64,000 nucleotides of DNA from Nannocystales bacterium. GTDB taxonomy: Bacteria > Myxococcota_A > Polyangia > Nannocystales > Nannocystaceae. A program made the position numbers and the translations under genes. The stretch is taken from positions 352,140 through 416,139 of the forward strand of contig JBOEGF010000004.1 in assembly GCA_050633305.1 (NCBI GenBank), given 5' to 3'. The notes under the pieces are model-generated. The model did no database searches and was not told the origin of the DNA. It saw only the letters and a program-made list of their open reading frames with translations. Shown here piece by piece: positions 18,574-27,785 of the stretch. The first letter of the stretch is position 1, and each line of letters starts with the position of its first letter.

Positions 18574-20121
18574 CTACTCGAGGTCCAGCACCCAGCGACC
18601 ATCGTCGTCGCGGTGCAGGACCCGGACCCCGACGGCGTCTCCCAGCCGCGCCGCAACACGGCTTCCGCGGGTCAACGTGGCACCGGCCCCGTCCCCACGC
18701 AGGGGCTGAGGGAGTCGCTCGGTGTACAGCTTCACGTCCAGCGGAGGGTCGTCCAGGTGGACATAGGCTCTGCCTCGGCGCATCCCCATCAACGTTCCGG
18801 AGCGGACCGGCCGCATCCGCGGCGGCTGCTCGAGGTCCTGCGCGAACAGGTCGTCGATCACGAGCTGATCGGCGGCTCGCGAGACCGCGCTCTGAAGCAT
18901 CTTCGCCCGGTTCGCAGCCTCGATCACCTCCTGGCGAAGCGCCTCATCGGCGCTGCGAGGAGCGCCCGCCCCGGCGAGTCCCTCGAGCATTTCTTTGTGG
19001 AGGAAGACGCCCACGACCTCGCGCATCGGTGCTGAGAAACGACCATACACATCGGCGCCGACGCCATGATGTCGACCCGGACGTTCCGCAAACGCGCTGC
19101 GCACATTGACCATGATCGTTTGCCGACGAATGGCGTCGACCAAGCGAGCCGTCGAAGGATGCTCGGGGAGATTTCGAACGTAGTCCGCCAAGGGACTCGA
19201 GTCTCGTCGCCACCGCCAAGGGTCGTCGCCCAGACCGTGCGCAGCGGCGACGGCGTCCAGCCGGGCTTCGAGTGCCTCGAGCGCCGGCTGTCCCGGCGGC
19301 GGGTGGACCTTGTAGATCGGCTGGGCGTGCTCCTTGCCCAGCGTCCGAAGGACCTCGGCTCCTTGCGCGTTGCACAGCAAGGACAGCTGCGCGTTGTCGG
19401 CCTCGACCCCGTTGCGGACCACCTCGACCGCGGTCAGCCCCGCGTCCCCACCACGGGTCAGTTTCACACGGACCTCCTTGCGGTGATACGGGACCACCCC
19501 ACGTGCGTCCGCCAGACGGGTGCGTACCGATCCAACCGCTTGCATGGCCCGGAGGCTGGCCACGACGGCCGGGTCCGAGACAGGACCTTTGCCGCCCACT
19601 TGAGCCGCAGCGACGTCGGCGAAGGTGAGCTTGTGGCGACTGCGGATCCGGGCACGCACAATCTCGGTCTTGGTGCAGACCCCCTGCGCATCCAGGGTCA
19701 TGTCGAACACCATCGCCCGCCGAGGCACATCAGGGCCGAGCGACACGAGGTCCTCGCTGAGCGCCCGCGGCAACATCGGAACGGCCTGCCCGGGCAGGTA
19801 GTAGCTCGCACCGCGTCGGAGCGCCTCATCGAACAGCGGCGTCCCCGCGGGCGCAAAGTACGACGCATCCGCAATCGCGTACTGCACCGAGTACCCGCCG
19901 GCCCGCGCCTCCACAAACAGGGCTTGATCGAGGTCCCGAGTCCCGGGGCCGTCGACGGTGACAAACGGCACGTCGCTGCGGTCGTCCAACCCTGCGTCGT
20001 CCAAGCCCGGGTTCTTCAAGAACTCCGCCACCTGCGCGTGCACCGGCTCGGGATACGCAGCCTCGATCCCTTCTTTGGCCAGCAAAGCGAGCAATCGGTC
20101 CGACGGATCCGGCGCTGTCAT
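18574..20121 (-). CDS. RNB domain ribonuclease (RNase II/R family, lacking N-terminal cold-shock domains)
   Basis: FVTVDGPGTRDLDQA, AIADAS, RGASYYLPG.AVPMLP..LS, YGRFSAPMR. ATG 20121 inferred; the ORF-track extension is antisense to nth. Confidence 0.85.
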   Translation of the reverse strand: MTAPDPSDRLLALLAKEGIEAAYPEPVHAQVAEFLKNPGLDDAGLDDRSDVPFVTVDGPGTRDLDQALFVEARAGGYSVQYAIADASYFAPAGTPLFDEALRRGASYYLPGQAVPMLPRALSEDLVSLGPDVPRRAMVFDMTLDAQGVCTKTEIVRARIRSRHKLTFADVAAAQVGGKGPVSDPAVVASLRAMQAVGSVRTRLADARGVVPYHRKEVRVKLTRGGDAGLTAVEVVRNGVEADNAQLSLLCNAQGAEVLRTLGKEHAQPIYKVHPPPGQPALEALEARLDAVAAAHGLGDDPWRWRRDSSPLADYVRNLPEHPSTARLVDAIRRQTIMVNVRSAFAERPGRHHGVGADVYGRFSAPMREVVGVFLHKEMLEGLAGAGAPRSADEALRQEVIEAANRAKMLQSAVSRAADQLVIDDLFAQDLEQPPRMRPVRSGTLMGMRRGRAYVHLDDPPLDVKLYTERLPQPLRGDGAGATLTRGSRVAARLGDAVGVRVLHRDDDGRWVLDLE

Positions 20122-20175
20122 GGCAACCACCGTGCCGGTCCTCGCAGGCCCGATCAAGCGTGCCATCATCCCGCC

Positions 20176-20964
20176 GTGGCTCGCACCGCAGTTCGTAAGA
20201 CCAAGAAGGACCCAGGCGCCGCTCCCATCCATTCCGATCCGATTTCGGACGAGATGCAGGAGAGGGTCTCGAAGATCCATACCCGGCTGCGCAAGGCTCA
20301 GCCAGCGCCCAAGGTTGAGCTCGACCACGAAAACGCGTGGCAACTCTTGGTCGCAACGATCCTCGCGGCGCGCTCCAACGACCGCACGATCAACTCGATC
20401 ACCCCGGAGCTGTTCAAGCGTTGGCCGACCCCCGCCGACCTCGCCGCGGCCGAGCAAGAAGAGGTCGAAGTCGTGGTCAAAAAGAGCGGCTTCTACCGGA
20501 ACAAGGCCAAGGCGATCCGCCGCACCGCCCAGGCCGTGGTTGACGACTTCGGCGGCGAGGTTCCCGGCACCATGGCCGAGCTGATCACCCTCCCAGGTGT
20601 GGCCCGCAAGACGTCCAACGTGGTGCTCGCCTCGGCATTCGGCAAGAGCGTCGGCGTGGTGGTCGACCTCCACGTCACGCGTTTGGTCGAGCGTCTGGGG
20701 ATCACCGCGGACAAAGACGCCACCCGGATCGAGGCGCTGCTGTGCGCCCTGTTTCCCAAACGCTCATGGGGCGACATCGGACACCGCTTGGTGCTGCACG
20801 GCCGCCACGTCTGTACGGCGCGCAAGCCCAAGTGTGAACACTGCCCGATCAACGAGCTGTGTCCGAGCGCGCTCTCGGCTTCGGCGGGGACCTGGGGCGA
20901 GCGCGCCGCATGGGAGCAAGTCATCACCGAGTCACGCGGCGAAGTGGACCCCTCCCAGTCGTGA
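20176..20964 (+). CDS. nth: Endonuclease III (HhH-GPD DNA glycosylase with 4Fe-4S cluster)
   Basis: WQLLVATILAARS, GFYRNKA, LPGVARKTSNVVL, VVDLHV, C-x6-C-x2-C-x5-C (CTARKPKCEHCPINELC). Confidence 0.93.
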   Translation: MARTAVRKTKKDPGAAPIHSDPISDEMQERVSKIHTRLRKAQPAPKVELDHENAWQLLVATILAARSNDRTINSITPELFKRWPTPADLAAAEQEEVEVVVKKSGFYRNKAKAIRRTAQAVVDDFGGEVPGTMAELITLPGVARKTSNVVLASAFGKSVGVVVDLHVTRLVERLGITADKDATRIEALLCALFPKRSWGDIGHRLVLHGRHVCTARKPKCEHCPINELCPSALSASAGTWGERAAWEQVITESRGEVDPSQS

Positions 20965-20970
20965 CCCCGT

Positions 20971-22497
20971 CTATGGGTCCGCGGGTTGCGACCCCTCGGC
21001 GGTACGCTCCGGCGGCTCGGAGAGCACTCGAAACACCGGGCCCTCGGGGACGACCGCGAAGGCCCAGCCAAACCGAGGATCCTCGACGAAGCTGTACACC
21101 GCGCGACCGCTGTCGAGCGCTCGCTCCACCATCTCGACGCTCGTCCGGCCCCAGAACTCCACGCCAGCGCACCCTTCCTCGGCCTCGTGCATGTACAGCA
21201 ACACGCCATAGAGGCGCCACTCGTCCGGCCGGCTCGTCATCACCAGGACCGCTCCGCGCGGCAAGACCCGGCAGGCGTCCTCTCCGTACTCCCGCGCCGA
21301 GCGGTCCATGGAGCGGTCCAGGTCGTCGAACCGCGCCCACGCCTGACCTCCCGCAATGCAGACCACGACGGCTGCGAGCGCCCAGCCGGCGCTTGGCCTG
21401 AAGCGAGACGCCGCCTCAACGCCGAAGCCGGCGAGCAGCGCCAGCGAGATGACCGCCGGCAACAAGAAGACGTCCAGGTCGGGCACGTCGTAGCGGTAGA
21501 AGAAACCCACGTTGCCGACCGCGCCCAGCACGAGGGCAACCGCGAGCATCCGGTGCCTCGATGCCGCCCACGCAAGGCCGGCCCCCGACACGAGCAGCGC
21601 CGAAAGGCCCAGGTTCGACGCAAAGATCGATGCGATCTCCTGGAGTCTCTCTCCGGCCGGCATCGGCTTGAAGTAGCGCTGGAACACGCCGCCTTGGACG
21701 TCCGTCACCGTTCGGGCCCAGATCCGGTGGAAGGTGTCTTCCCACGGGCCCAACGGCGCGACCGCGTCGAACGGACCAAACGGGATCAGCAGGAACACCA
21801 GCGCGCCGAGCAGTGTGGCGCAGACCGTGAGCAGCCCCCATCGGACCACTGTGGGCCGCGGCTGTTTGAGAAGTTCGGGCCAGGCCCCGTGAACCACGAG
21901 TGCGCCAAAGCCGAGACCCCACGTTGCGACCGACATGTGGACGCCCAGCCCCAGCCCCGCGACCCATGCGGCCACCCAGGCGAGGCGAGCGTCGGCGCGC
22001 TGGCGCGCGTGCAGACACAGCAGCAACGCGGCGAGCAAGAACGCGAGTCCCGGCGTGTAGACCTCGGCGACGACGGCATTGGCCCAGACCGATGGGGCGA
22101 GCCCGACCAAGACCGGGGGCACCACGGCGGCAGCCCTTCCCTGCCCGCATCGAAGGGAGACCCGGTGCATGAGCACGACCACGAGCACCCCAAACACCAC
22201 GGACATCACGTTGAGGCCCCACGCAGCCTCGCCCGGAAGCCACGAGAAGACGTGCCCGACGAGCGTGTACAGCGGGTAGCCAGGCGGGTGTGGAACGACG
22301 CGCAGCGATGCCGCGCTCGCCGAGAACTCCGCGCTGTCGTACCAGGACACGGTCGGGCACAGGGTCGCGCCGTACAACACGGCCGCCGCAAGCCCCAACC
22401 CGATCGTGGGGCCCCACCCCTGCGCCGACGCGGCGCTCCCGGACTGCGGGCCCTCCAATGCCGGGCGCTCCGTGGATGGAGGTTGAGACAGGGGCAT
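20971..22497 (-). CDS. DUF2723 / TMEM260-like integral membrane glycosyltransferase (GT-C fold)
   Basis: WYDSAEF, HPPGYPLY and AEVY motifs with about 10 TM helices. Start ATG 22497 inferred. Confidence 0.8.
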   Translation of the reverse strand: MPLSQPPSTERPALEGPQSGSAASAQGWGPTIGLGLAAAVLYGATLCPTVSWYDSAEFSASAASLRVVPHPPGYPLYTLVGHVFSWLPGEAAWGLNVMSVVFGVLVVVLMHRVSLRCGQGRAAAVVPPVLVGLAPSVWANAVVAEVYTPGLAFLLAALLLCLHARQRADARLAWVAAWVAGLGLGVHMSVATWGLGFGALVVHGAWPELLKQPRPTVVRWGLLTVCATLLGALVFLLIPFGPFDAVAPLGPWEDTFHRIWARTVTDVQGGVFQRYFKPMPAGERLQEIASIFASNLGLSALLVSGAGLAWAASRHRMLAVALVLGAVGNVGFFYRYDVPDLDVFLLPAVISLALLAGFGVEAASRFRPSAGWALAAVVVCIAGGQAWARFDDLDRSMDRSAREYGEDACRVLPRGAVLVMTSRPDEWRLYGVLLYMHEAEEGCAGVEFWGRTSVEMVERALDSGRAVYSFVEDPRFGWAFAVVPEGPVFRVLSEPPERTAEGSQPADP

Positions 22498-22597
22498 CTC
22501 GGCGAGGGAGGCTAACAGATGTGGCCGCGCACCGGGCCCTGTGCGAGGTTGGGGACCCTGGGAACGCGATGGCGCGCTCGGGCGTACAGAAGGCTCG

Positions 22598-23881
22598 ATG
22601 ATCGTCATCGTCTACACCACCCGCTACCGTGAGGGCGGGGCTCGCTTTGCCCAGGCCGCGCGAACGTTGGCCGAGCAGCGACGCAAACGACGCCCTGATG
22701 AAGAGGTGTGGTGCCGCGCGGTGGAGAGCAAGGCTGATGTCCGCGGGGTCCTCGCAACCGCGTCGGACATCAGCGAGTTCCACTTCGTAGGGCACGGCGG
22801 GTTGTACGGACCGATGTTCGGGACCACGGCATGGCCCGAACAATTCAGCCCACACGAGTGGCGCGAACTCGTGATCCCGTTTGCCCCCCAGGCGTTCGCG
22901 CACTTTCACGCGTGTCGCTCGGCCCGATGGTTCGCTCCCTTCTTCGCTCGCACGTTCGGTGTTCGAACGCTCGGCTACCACTGGTACACCGCGTTCTCTC
23001 GCTCCCCCGATCGGTTTATCCCCGCGCCCGCGTGGCACCGGGCCACCGACCCCCTGTACGTGGCCGGCTGCCCTGGCCGCAAGTCGCACGGGGCTGGGGC
23101 GTCGGTGCGCAAGTACCTGGGGCGCATGGCAATGGAGACGCCCGTCGCGTTCGACCCTGACACGTGCGATGCAAGCTACGACGCCGTCGCCGCGGACTAT
23201 GACGCCGTGTTCGACGACATTGCCGTCCGCCGAGATGAACTTCGATGGCTTCGGGCACACCTCCCCAGCGGACCGCTGGATGTTCTCGACCTCGGGTGCG
23301 GCAACGGGGCCCTGCTCGAGAAACTCGGCCCCTCGATTCGCAGCGGGGTCGGTCTCGACGCGTCCGCGCGGATGGTCCACCTCGCCCGCCTGCGCAACGC
23401 TGGCAACGATGCACTTCGGTTCGAGTCCGTCGACGGTCCGAAGCTTCCCCTGGCAGACGCGAGTCTAGACGTCGCCATCTCGTTGTTGTCGTTCCGGTAC
23501 CTGGACTGGGACCCGCTCATGCTGGAGTTGCGGCGAGTCCTCCGCCCTGGGGGGCGCCTGCTGGTCATCGACATGGTCGACAAGCCGGCGGGGCTCGCTG
23601 AGGTTCCACGGCTGATCTCAGACAAACTCCGGGTGCGGGCCGTCGAACTTCGCCACCGCGACTACGTGCGGGCGCGGGCCCACATGGTTCGCACGCCAGC
23701 CTGGGCCAAGATGCTCCGATTCAACCCCATGCGAGCGTTTCATGAGTACGACTGGTACCTGGGCAGCCGATTCCCTCGCGGCATGCTCGACGTCCTCAAC
23801 GTGGGCCGACGGGCGCAGGTGATCGCGTTCGATACCGGCCCCTTCAGCGACGCTGCTCTGCAAGAGATGGCCTATCCGTGA
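22598..23881 (+). CDS. Fusion protein: N-terminal putative caspase/CHAT-like (His-Cys) domain plus C-terminal class I SAM-dependent methyltransferase
   Basis: C-terminal YDAVAADYD, VLDLGCGNG, GLDAS, LPLADASLD, LRRVLRPGGRL; N-terminal FHFVGHGG...HFHACRS. The MTase call is firm; the N-terminal domain call is inference. Confidence 0.8.
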   Translation: MIVIVYTTRYREGGARFAQAARTLAEQRRKRRPDEEVWCRAVESKADVRGVLATASDISEFHFVGHGGLYGPMFGTTAWPEQFSPHEWRELVIPFAPQAFAHFHACRSARWFAPFFARTFGVRTLGYHWYTAFSRSPDRFIPAPAWHRATDPLYVAGCPGRKSHGAGASVRKYLGRMAMETPVAFDPDTCDASYDAVAADYDAVFDDIAVRRDELRWLRAHLPSGPLDVLDLGCGNGALLEKLGPSIRSGVGLDASARMVHLARLRNAGNDALRFESVDGPKLPLADASLDVAISLLSFRYLDWDPLMLELRRVLRPGGRLLVIDMVDKPAGLAEVPRLISDKLRVRAVELRHRDYVRARAHMVRTPAWAKMLRFNPMRAFHEYDWYLGSRFPRGMLDVLNVGRRAQVIAFDTGPFSDAALQEMAYP

Positions 23882-24642
23882 CCGCTTTGGGCGTCCTCGA
23901 CTGGGGCATCGGTGGTCTGGATGTGGTGGCCAAGCTCCGGGCCGCGGGCATGTGCCGGCCGATCGTGTATCTCTCGGATGCAGGGGCGGCGCCCTACGGA
24001 AAACAATCGAACCAGGAGCTGACGGGTCGCGTCCAGAGCCTCGTGGTCGCGCTCGCGCGCCACGGTTGTGATGAGGTGGTCATCGGGTGCAACGCGGCGA
24101 GCACCGTCCTGCCGGGGCTGGGCGAGGTCCCGGTGCGGCGGGTCCTCGGCGTCATCGAGCCGGGCATCGAAGCGACCCTGCGGGCAGGGGTTGCGGACGT
24201 TGTCGTTCTCGGAGGGCGCCGGACGGTCGACTCGGGTCACTACGCCGCCGCACTCCGTCCCAGGGGCGTTCGGGTGACGGAGGTCGTGGCCCAGCCGCTG
24301 TCGGCGTTGATCGAGCGCGGCGTGGTCTCTGGCCCCGAGTTGGACGCGACCCTCGAGCGCATCGTCGCGCCCGTCCGCGATGCGACCGCCATGGTCAGCG
24401 CGTGCACCCACTACCTCGCGGCCCTGCCGGCCTTGCGCATCGCCCTGCCGCGGCTGCACACGGTCATCGATCCTGCACAGGCACTGGTCGAGCAACACTT
24501 CACGCCCGCGGCGGTAGAGCCCTTCGCGGACCACTACTGGACCACGGGCGACCCCCTCGCCAGTCGCCAGGCAGCCCGTGCCGCCTTCGGACTCGATGTT
24601 CCGTTTGCGGCCGCGGGGGATCAGTTTCCGGCGCCGTGCTGA
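23878..24642 (+). CDS. murI: Glutamate racemase (Asp/Glu racemase family)
   Basis: LDWGIGGL, PYGKQS, GCNAAS, GVIEPG, ACTHY with both catalytic Cys retained. GTGA overlap with the upstream gene. Confidence 0.8.
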   Translation: MTALGVLDWGIGGLDVVAKLRAAGMCRPIVYLSDAGAAPYGKQSNQELTGRVQSLVVALARHGCDEVVIGCNAASTVLPGLGEVPVRRVLGVIEPGIEATLRAGVADVVVLGGRRTVDSGHYAAALRPRGVRVTEVVAQPLSALIERGVVSGPELDATLERIVAPVRDATAMVSACTHYLAALPALRIALPRLHTVIDPAQALVEQHFTPAAVEPFADHYWTTGDPLASRQAARAAFGLDVPFAAAGDQFPAPC

Positions 24643-25091
24643 CAGTGTTCCGCGACCGCCCGATAGATCGACGCGCAGTATTTCTTGTGGGCTCGCTTGA
24701 GGTAGCGCCCGTCGGTGCTCTCGCGCAACGCCTCACACTCCGCGTAGCCGAAGTGCGTGGACTTGACGTCCTCGCCCGCCTCCTCGCAGAACGCCGAGCG
24801 ATCCGATGAGTTCAGGCAGTCGAGCGCAAGCCGTGGGGCCTCCCCCATGCACCAGCTCTCCATCCCGGTACACGCCATGCCCCACTGCACCGACCACTCG
24901 ACACACGTGTCCACGCCGACCTCGGCCCCGGTCCACGGAAGGTCGTCCTTGTTCACGGTCTGTGCTTTGTACTCGCGGTACTGCGCGCGCTGCTGGAGGG
25001 TCCGCCACCCAAACAGAACGCTCAGCGCAACCATCGCCACGCCGATGCCGATCAACAGGCCACGGGTTCGCGGGGGCGCAGGCTCATCCAT
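24621..25091 (-). CDS. Hypothetical membrane-anchored protein with Cys-rich periplasmic domain
   Basis: One N-terminal TM helix and 8 Cys in the soluble part. ATG 8 nt after TAGCTT. Confidence 0.7.
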   Translation of the reverse strand: MDEPAPPRTRGLLIGIGVAMVALSVLFGWRTLQQRAQYREYKAQTVNKDDLPWTGAEVGVDTCVEWSVQWGMACTGMESWCMGEAPRLALDCLNSSDRSAFCEEAGEDVKSTHFGYAECEALRESTDGRYLKRAHKKYCASIYRAVAEHCQHGAGN

Positions 25092-25143
25092 CGCCGCGGA
25101 AGCTACCACTGTCTCCTGCGGCGGCCATCGCGTGTAGGATTCG

Positions 25144-25692
25144 GTGGCTGTGAAGCCCGAGCATCGCTGCAGCGGGGGGTTCCCGCACGCCTCCTGGGTC
25201 TACGGCGCCCTCTCCGGCGCGGTCGTGCTGTACGTCGGCGGGCTGCTGCTCGCTGCCGGACCCGGCTCGGACCTCGTCACCGACGCCTATCAACTCGCCT
25301 ACCCAGCGCTCGAGTTGGCCAACGTCAACAACGACTGGGGGTTCTTCTCTCCGGACCCCGGCCCCGGCGATCTCCCTCGGTATGAGGTGATCGACGGCGA
25401 GGGCAAGACCCATCAGTTCCAGTGGATGGAGGCGCTCGACCGCTGGGACCCCGCGTATTTTCGATACACGACCCTGTTCGTCAACATCATGGACGACGGG
25501 GAGGCCTACGGCGATGGAGCGGCGGCGTACCTGTGCCGTCGACACGCCGACCTCGCACCACGGAAGATCGTCTTCACCGTCGCGCATCAGGTCGATCGCG
25601 CCCCGGCCGATGTCTTGGCGGGCTACGGCATCACGGACGACATGCCGTTGGAGAAGCTCTACTTCAAGCCGTGCGCACCGGAGCAGGGATGA
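25144..25692 (+). CDS. Hypothetical membrane protein, DUF5819/SdpA-like
   Basis: N-terminal TM, motif NNDWGFFSPDP resembling the WxxFAPxP motif of DUF5819/SdpA. ATGA-coupled to an HTTM gene. Confidence 0.6.
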   Translation: MAVKPEHRCSGGFPHASWVYGALSGAVVLYVGGLLLAAGPGSDLVTDAYQLAYPALELANVNNDWGFFSPDPGPGDLPRYEVIDGEGKTHQFQWMEALDRWDPAYFRYTTLFVNIMDDGEAYGDGAAAYLCRRHADLAPRKIVFTVAHQVDRAPADVLAGYGITDDMPLEKLYFKPCAPEQG

Positions 25693-26714
25693 CCGGCCTC
25701 GTCGACGGGCTGCGCCCGGGCGTCCGCGGCTGGGTCCAGTTCTGGTTTGAACTGGCGGACACACGCGCACTCGATCTGGTCCGAGTCGGCGTGGGCCTGA
25801 CACTGTTCTTCTCGTATGCCACGCTCGCGGCTCACGTCGACGCGCTGTACACCGACGATGGCTGGATGCCCCTGGCCCTGACGCCCTCGCTGACCGAAGA
25901 GCCGACATCGCTGTCGCTGCTGTTCGTGTTTCGCAGCGCCGCGGCCGCCTGGGCGCTGTGGTGGGTGACGATCGTTGCCGCAGCTCTGTATGCAGCCGGC
26001 TGGCGCTCCAACATCATGAAATGGGTGCTTCTCGTGGGCCACTACAGCTTCACCCGGCGAGCCCCTGCCGTGGCCTACGGGGTCGACGACCTCTGCAGCA
26101 ACCTGCTGCTCATTCAGTGCATGGTCCCGATGGGACACGCGCTCGCGTTTGATGCCCGTCGGCGAGCCCCCTTGCTCCGGGTTCCCTGGCGGCAGACGCT
26201 ACGCTCGATGGGCCTCCGGATCAGCCAGGTGCAGATGGCCATCATCATGGCGTTCGCGGGCCTCGAGAAGCTGCAGGGCGAGGATTGGTGGGATGGCCTT
26301 GGCGTCTGGTACGCGATGACGGATTGGGAGTTCAACTTCTTCCCACTCGCTCCATTCGCAGAACATCCGTACCTCCTCAACCTCCTGGGGTACGGCTCGG
26401 TCTTGTTTGAGTTGGCCTACCCCGCGCTGATCTGGCACCGTCGCAGCCGGGCCCCGATCTTGGCGTTGGCCGTCGGCCTGCACATCGGCGTGGCCATCGT
26501 CATGGGCCTGTGGCTCTTCTCCGCTGCCATGCTCGTCTCGCACATGGCGTTCGCCCCCCCGAAGTGGCTGCGATGGTTGCGGGTCCCGCAGGACTCGTGC
26601 GAGGCGCCTCAGAACGGCCGAGGAGGCGCGCCGGGAAGCTCAGCCAGCAGCGCCGCCACCGAAGGCCAGCGGGCGCCGGGATCGATGGAGAGCCCGCGAG
26701 CCAGCGCACGATAG
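25689..26714 (+). CDS. HTTM domain protein (SdpB / vitamin-K-dependent carboxylase N-terminal-like)
   Basis: LDLVRVGVG, YGVDD, SQVQMAIIMAFAGLEKLQGEDWWDG, FELAYP, LHIGVAIVMGLWLFS; multiple TM helices. Confidence 0.82.
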   Translation: MTGLVDGLRPGVRGWVQFWFELADTRALDLVRVGVGLTLFFSYATLAAHVDALYTDDGWMPLALTPSLTEEPTSLSLLFVFRSAAAAWALWWVTIVAAALYAAGWRSNIMKWVLLVGHYSFTRRAPAVAYGVDDLCSNLLLIQCMVPMGHALAFDARRRAPLLRVPWRQTLRSMGLRISQVQMAIIMAFAGLEKLQGEDWWDGLGVWYAMTDWEFNFFPLAPFAEHPYLLNLLGYGSVLFELAYPALIWHRRSRAPILALAVGLHIGVAIVMGLWLFSAAMLVSHMAFAPPKWLRWLRVPQDSCEAPQNGRGGAPGSSASSAATEGQRAPGSMESPRASAR

Positions 26715-27490
26715 CCGCGGGGATCGACCGCCGCCGGACGCGGAGGTCTGGAACTGAGCCCCTGCCCCATGGCCCGCAGAATCGTCCCCACATCGTGCCC
26801 TTCGAACGGGCGCGAACCGAACAACGCCTCGTAGACGGTCACGCAGTAGGAGAACTGGTCCGACCGAGCGTCGACCAACCCCGCGAGGTGCTGCTCCGGT
26901 GCCATGTACTCGATCGTGCCCAAGACGGATCCGGGTTCGGTCAATCGCGACAGCGGCGAGTGGTTGACGCTCGACCAGCCCTCAACGACCGGCTTGTGCT
27001 CCTTGCCCGTCGTCGCGCCGCCCTTGGCCAAGCCGAAGTCCAACACGCAGACCCGGCCATCGGCTTCGATCATGACGTTGTCGGGCTTGAAGTCACGATG
27101 GGTCATGCCCGCGTCGTGGGCTGCGGCGAGTCCCTCCCCGGCCTGCCGCATGACCTCCAGCGCGCGGCTCGAGACCGGCCTCGCAGCGAGCCATTCTCGC
27201 AGGGTCTTCCCGCGCAGCAACTCCATCACGATGTACGCACCGCCCAGGGCTTCACCTCCGCCAAGCAGCGTGATGATGTTCGGGTGGTGAAGCTTGGACA
27301 ACATCCGCGCTTCCCGCTTGAATCGGGGGATGTTGGACAAGCCGTCGCCGATGTCCTGGGGCGACAAGAACTTCACCGCGACATCGCGCTCGTGCTTCGG
27401 GTCCCACGCCTCGTAGACCGACGAGTTCCCACCCCGCGCGATGGCCCGCCGTATCTCGTAGCGCCCGATCTGCGCCGGAACTTCGATCAC
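26609..27490 (-). CDS. Stand-alone Ser/Thr protein kinase domain
   Basis: IARGGNSSVY, VAVK, HRDFKPDNV, DFGLA, GTIEYMAPEQ, SDQFSYC; no TM or sensor domain. GTG 27490 inferred. Confidence 0.85.
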   Translation of the reverse strand: MIEVPAQIGRYEIRRAIARGGNSSVYEAWDPKHERDVAVKFLSPQDIGDGLSNIPRFKREARMLSKLHHPNIITLLGGGEALGGAYIVMELLRGKTLREWLAARPVSSRALEVMRQAGEGLAAAHDAGMTHRDFKPDNVMIEADGRVCVLDFGLAKGGATTGKEHKPVVEGWSSVNHSPLSRLTEPGSVLGTIEYMAPEQHLAGLVDARSDQFSYCVTVYEALFGSRPFEGHDVGTILRAMGQGLSSRPPRPAAVDPRGYRALARGLSIDPGARWPSVAALLAELPGAPPRPF

Positions 27491-27494
27491 TCCA

Positions 27495-27785
27495 TTAAGT
27501 GTCGCCGGGGTCGGACCGGCTGCCAAGCCCGAGTGACCGCTCCGGCGGACGCCGCGCCACCCAGATCGCGTGCAGACCCTCCGCAGCGGCTGTGATCGCG
27601 AGCGCGGGAACCAATAGGACCGACGCCGGAACGAGCCCGATCCACAACAGCCCCGCGGCTGCGCCCGGGCCGGAGCCACCGATCCCCGCTAGAGCTCCCG
27701 CCTCATCCGGAGCTCCCAGAAGCCACAGCAACCCCACCGCGACGAGCATTCCTGCGGCAAGAGCTCTCACCCCGGACCGAGTCAT
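27495..27785 (-). CDS. Small two-TM membrane protein
   Basis: Two hydrophobic helices; the ATG overlaps the stop of the upstream gene (ATGA at 27782-27785). Confidence 0.65.
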   Translation of the reverse strand: MTRSGVRALAAGMLVAVGLLWLLGAPDEAGALAGIGGSGPGAAAGLLWIGLVPASVLLVPALAITAAAEGLHAIWVARRPPERSLGLGSRSDPGDT

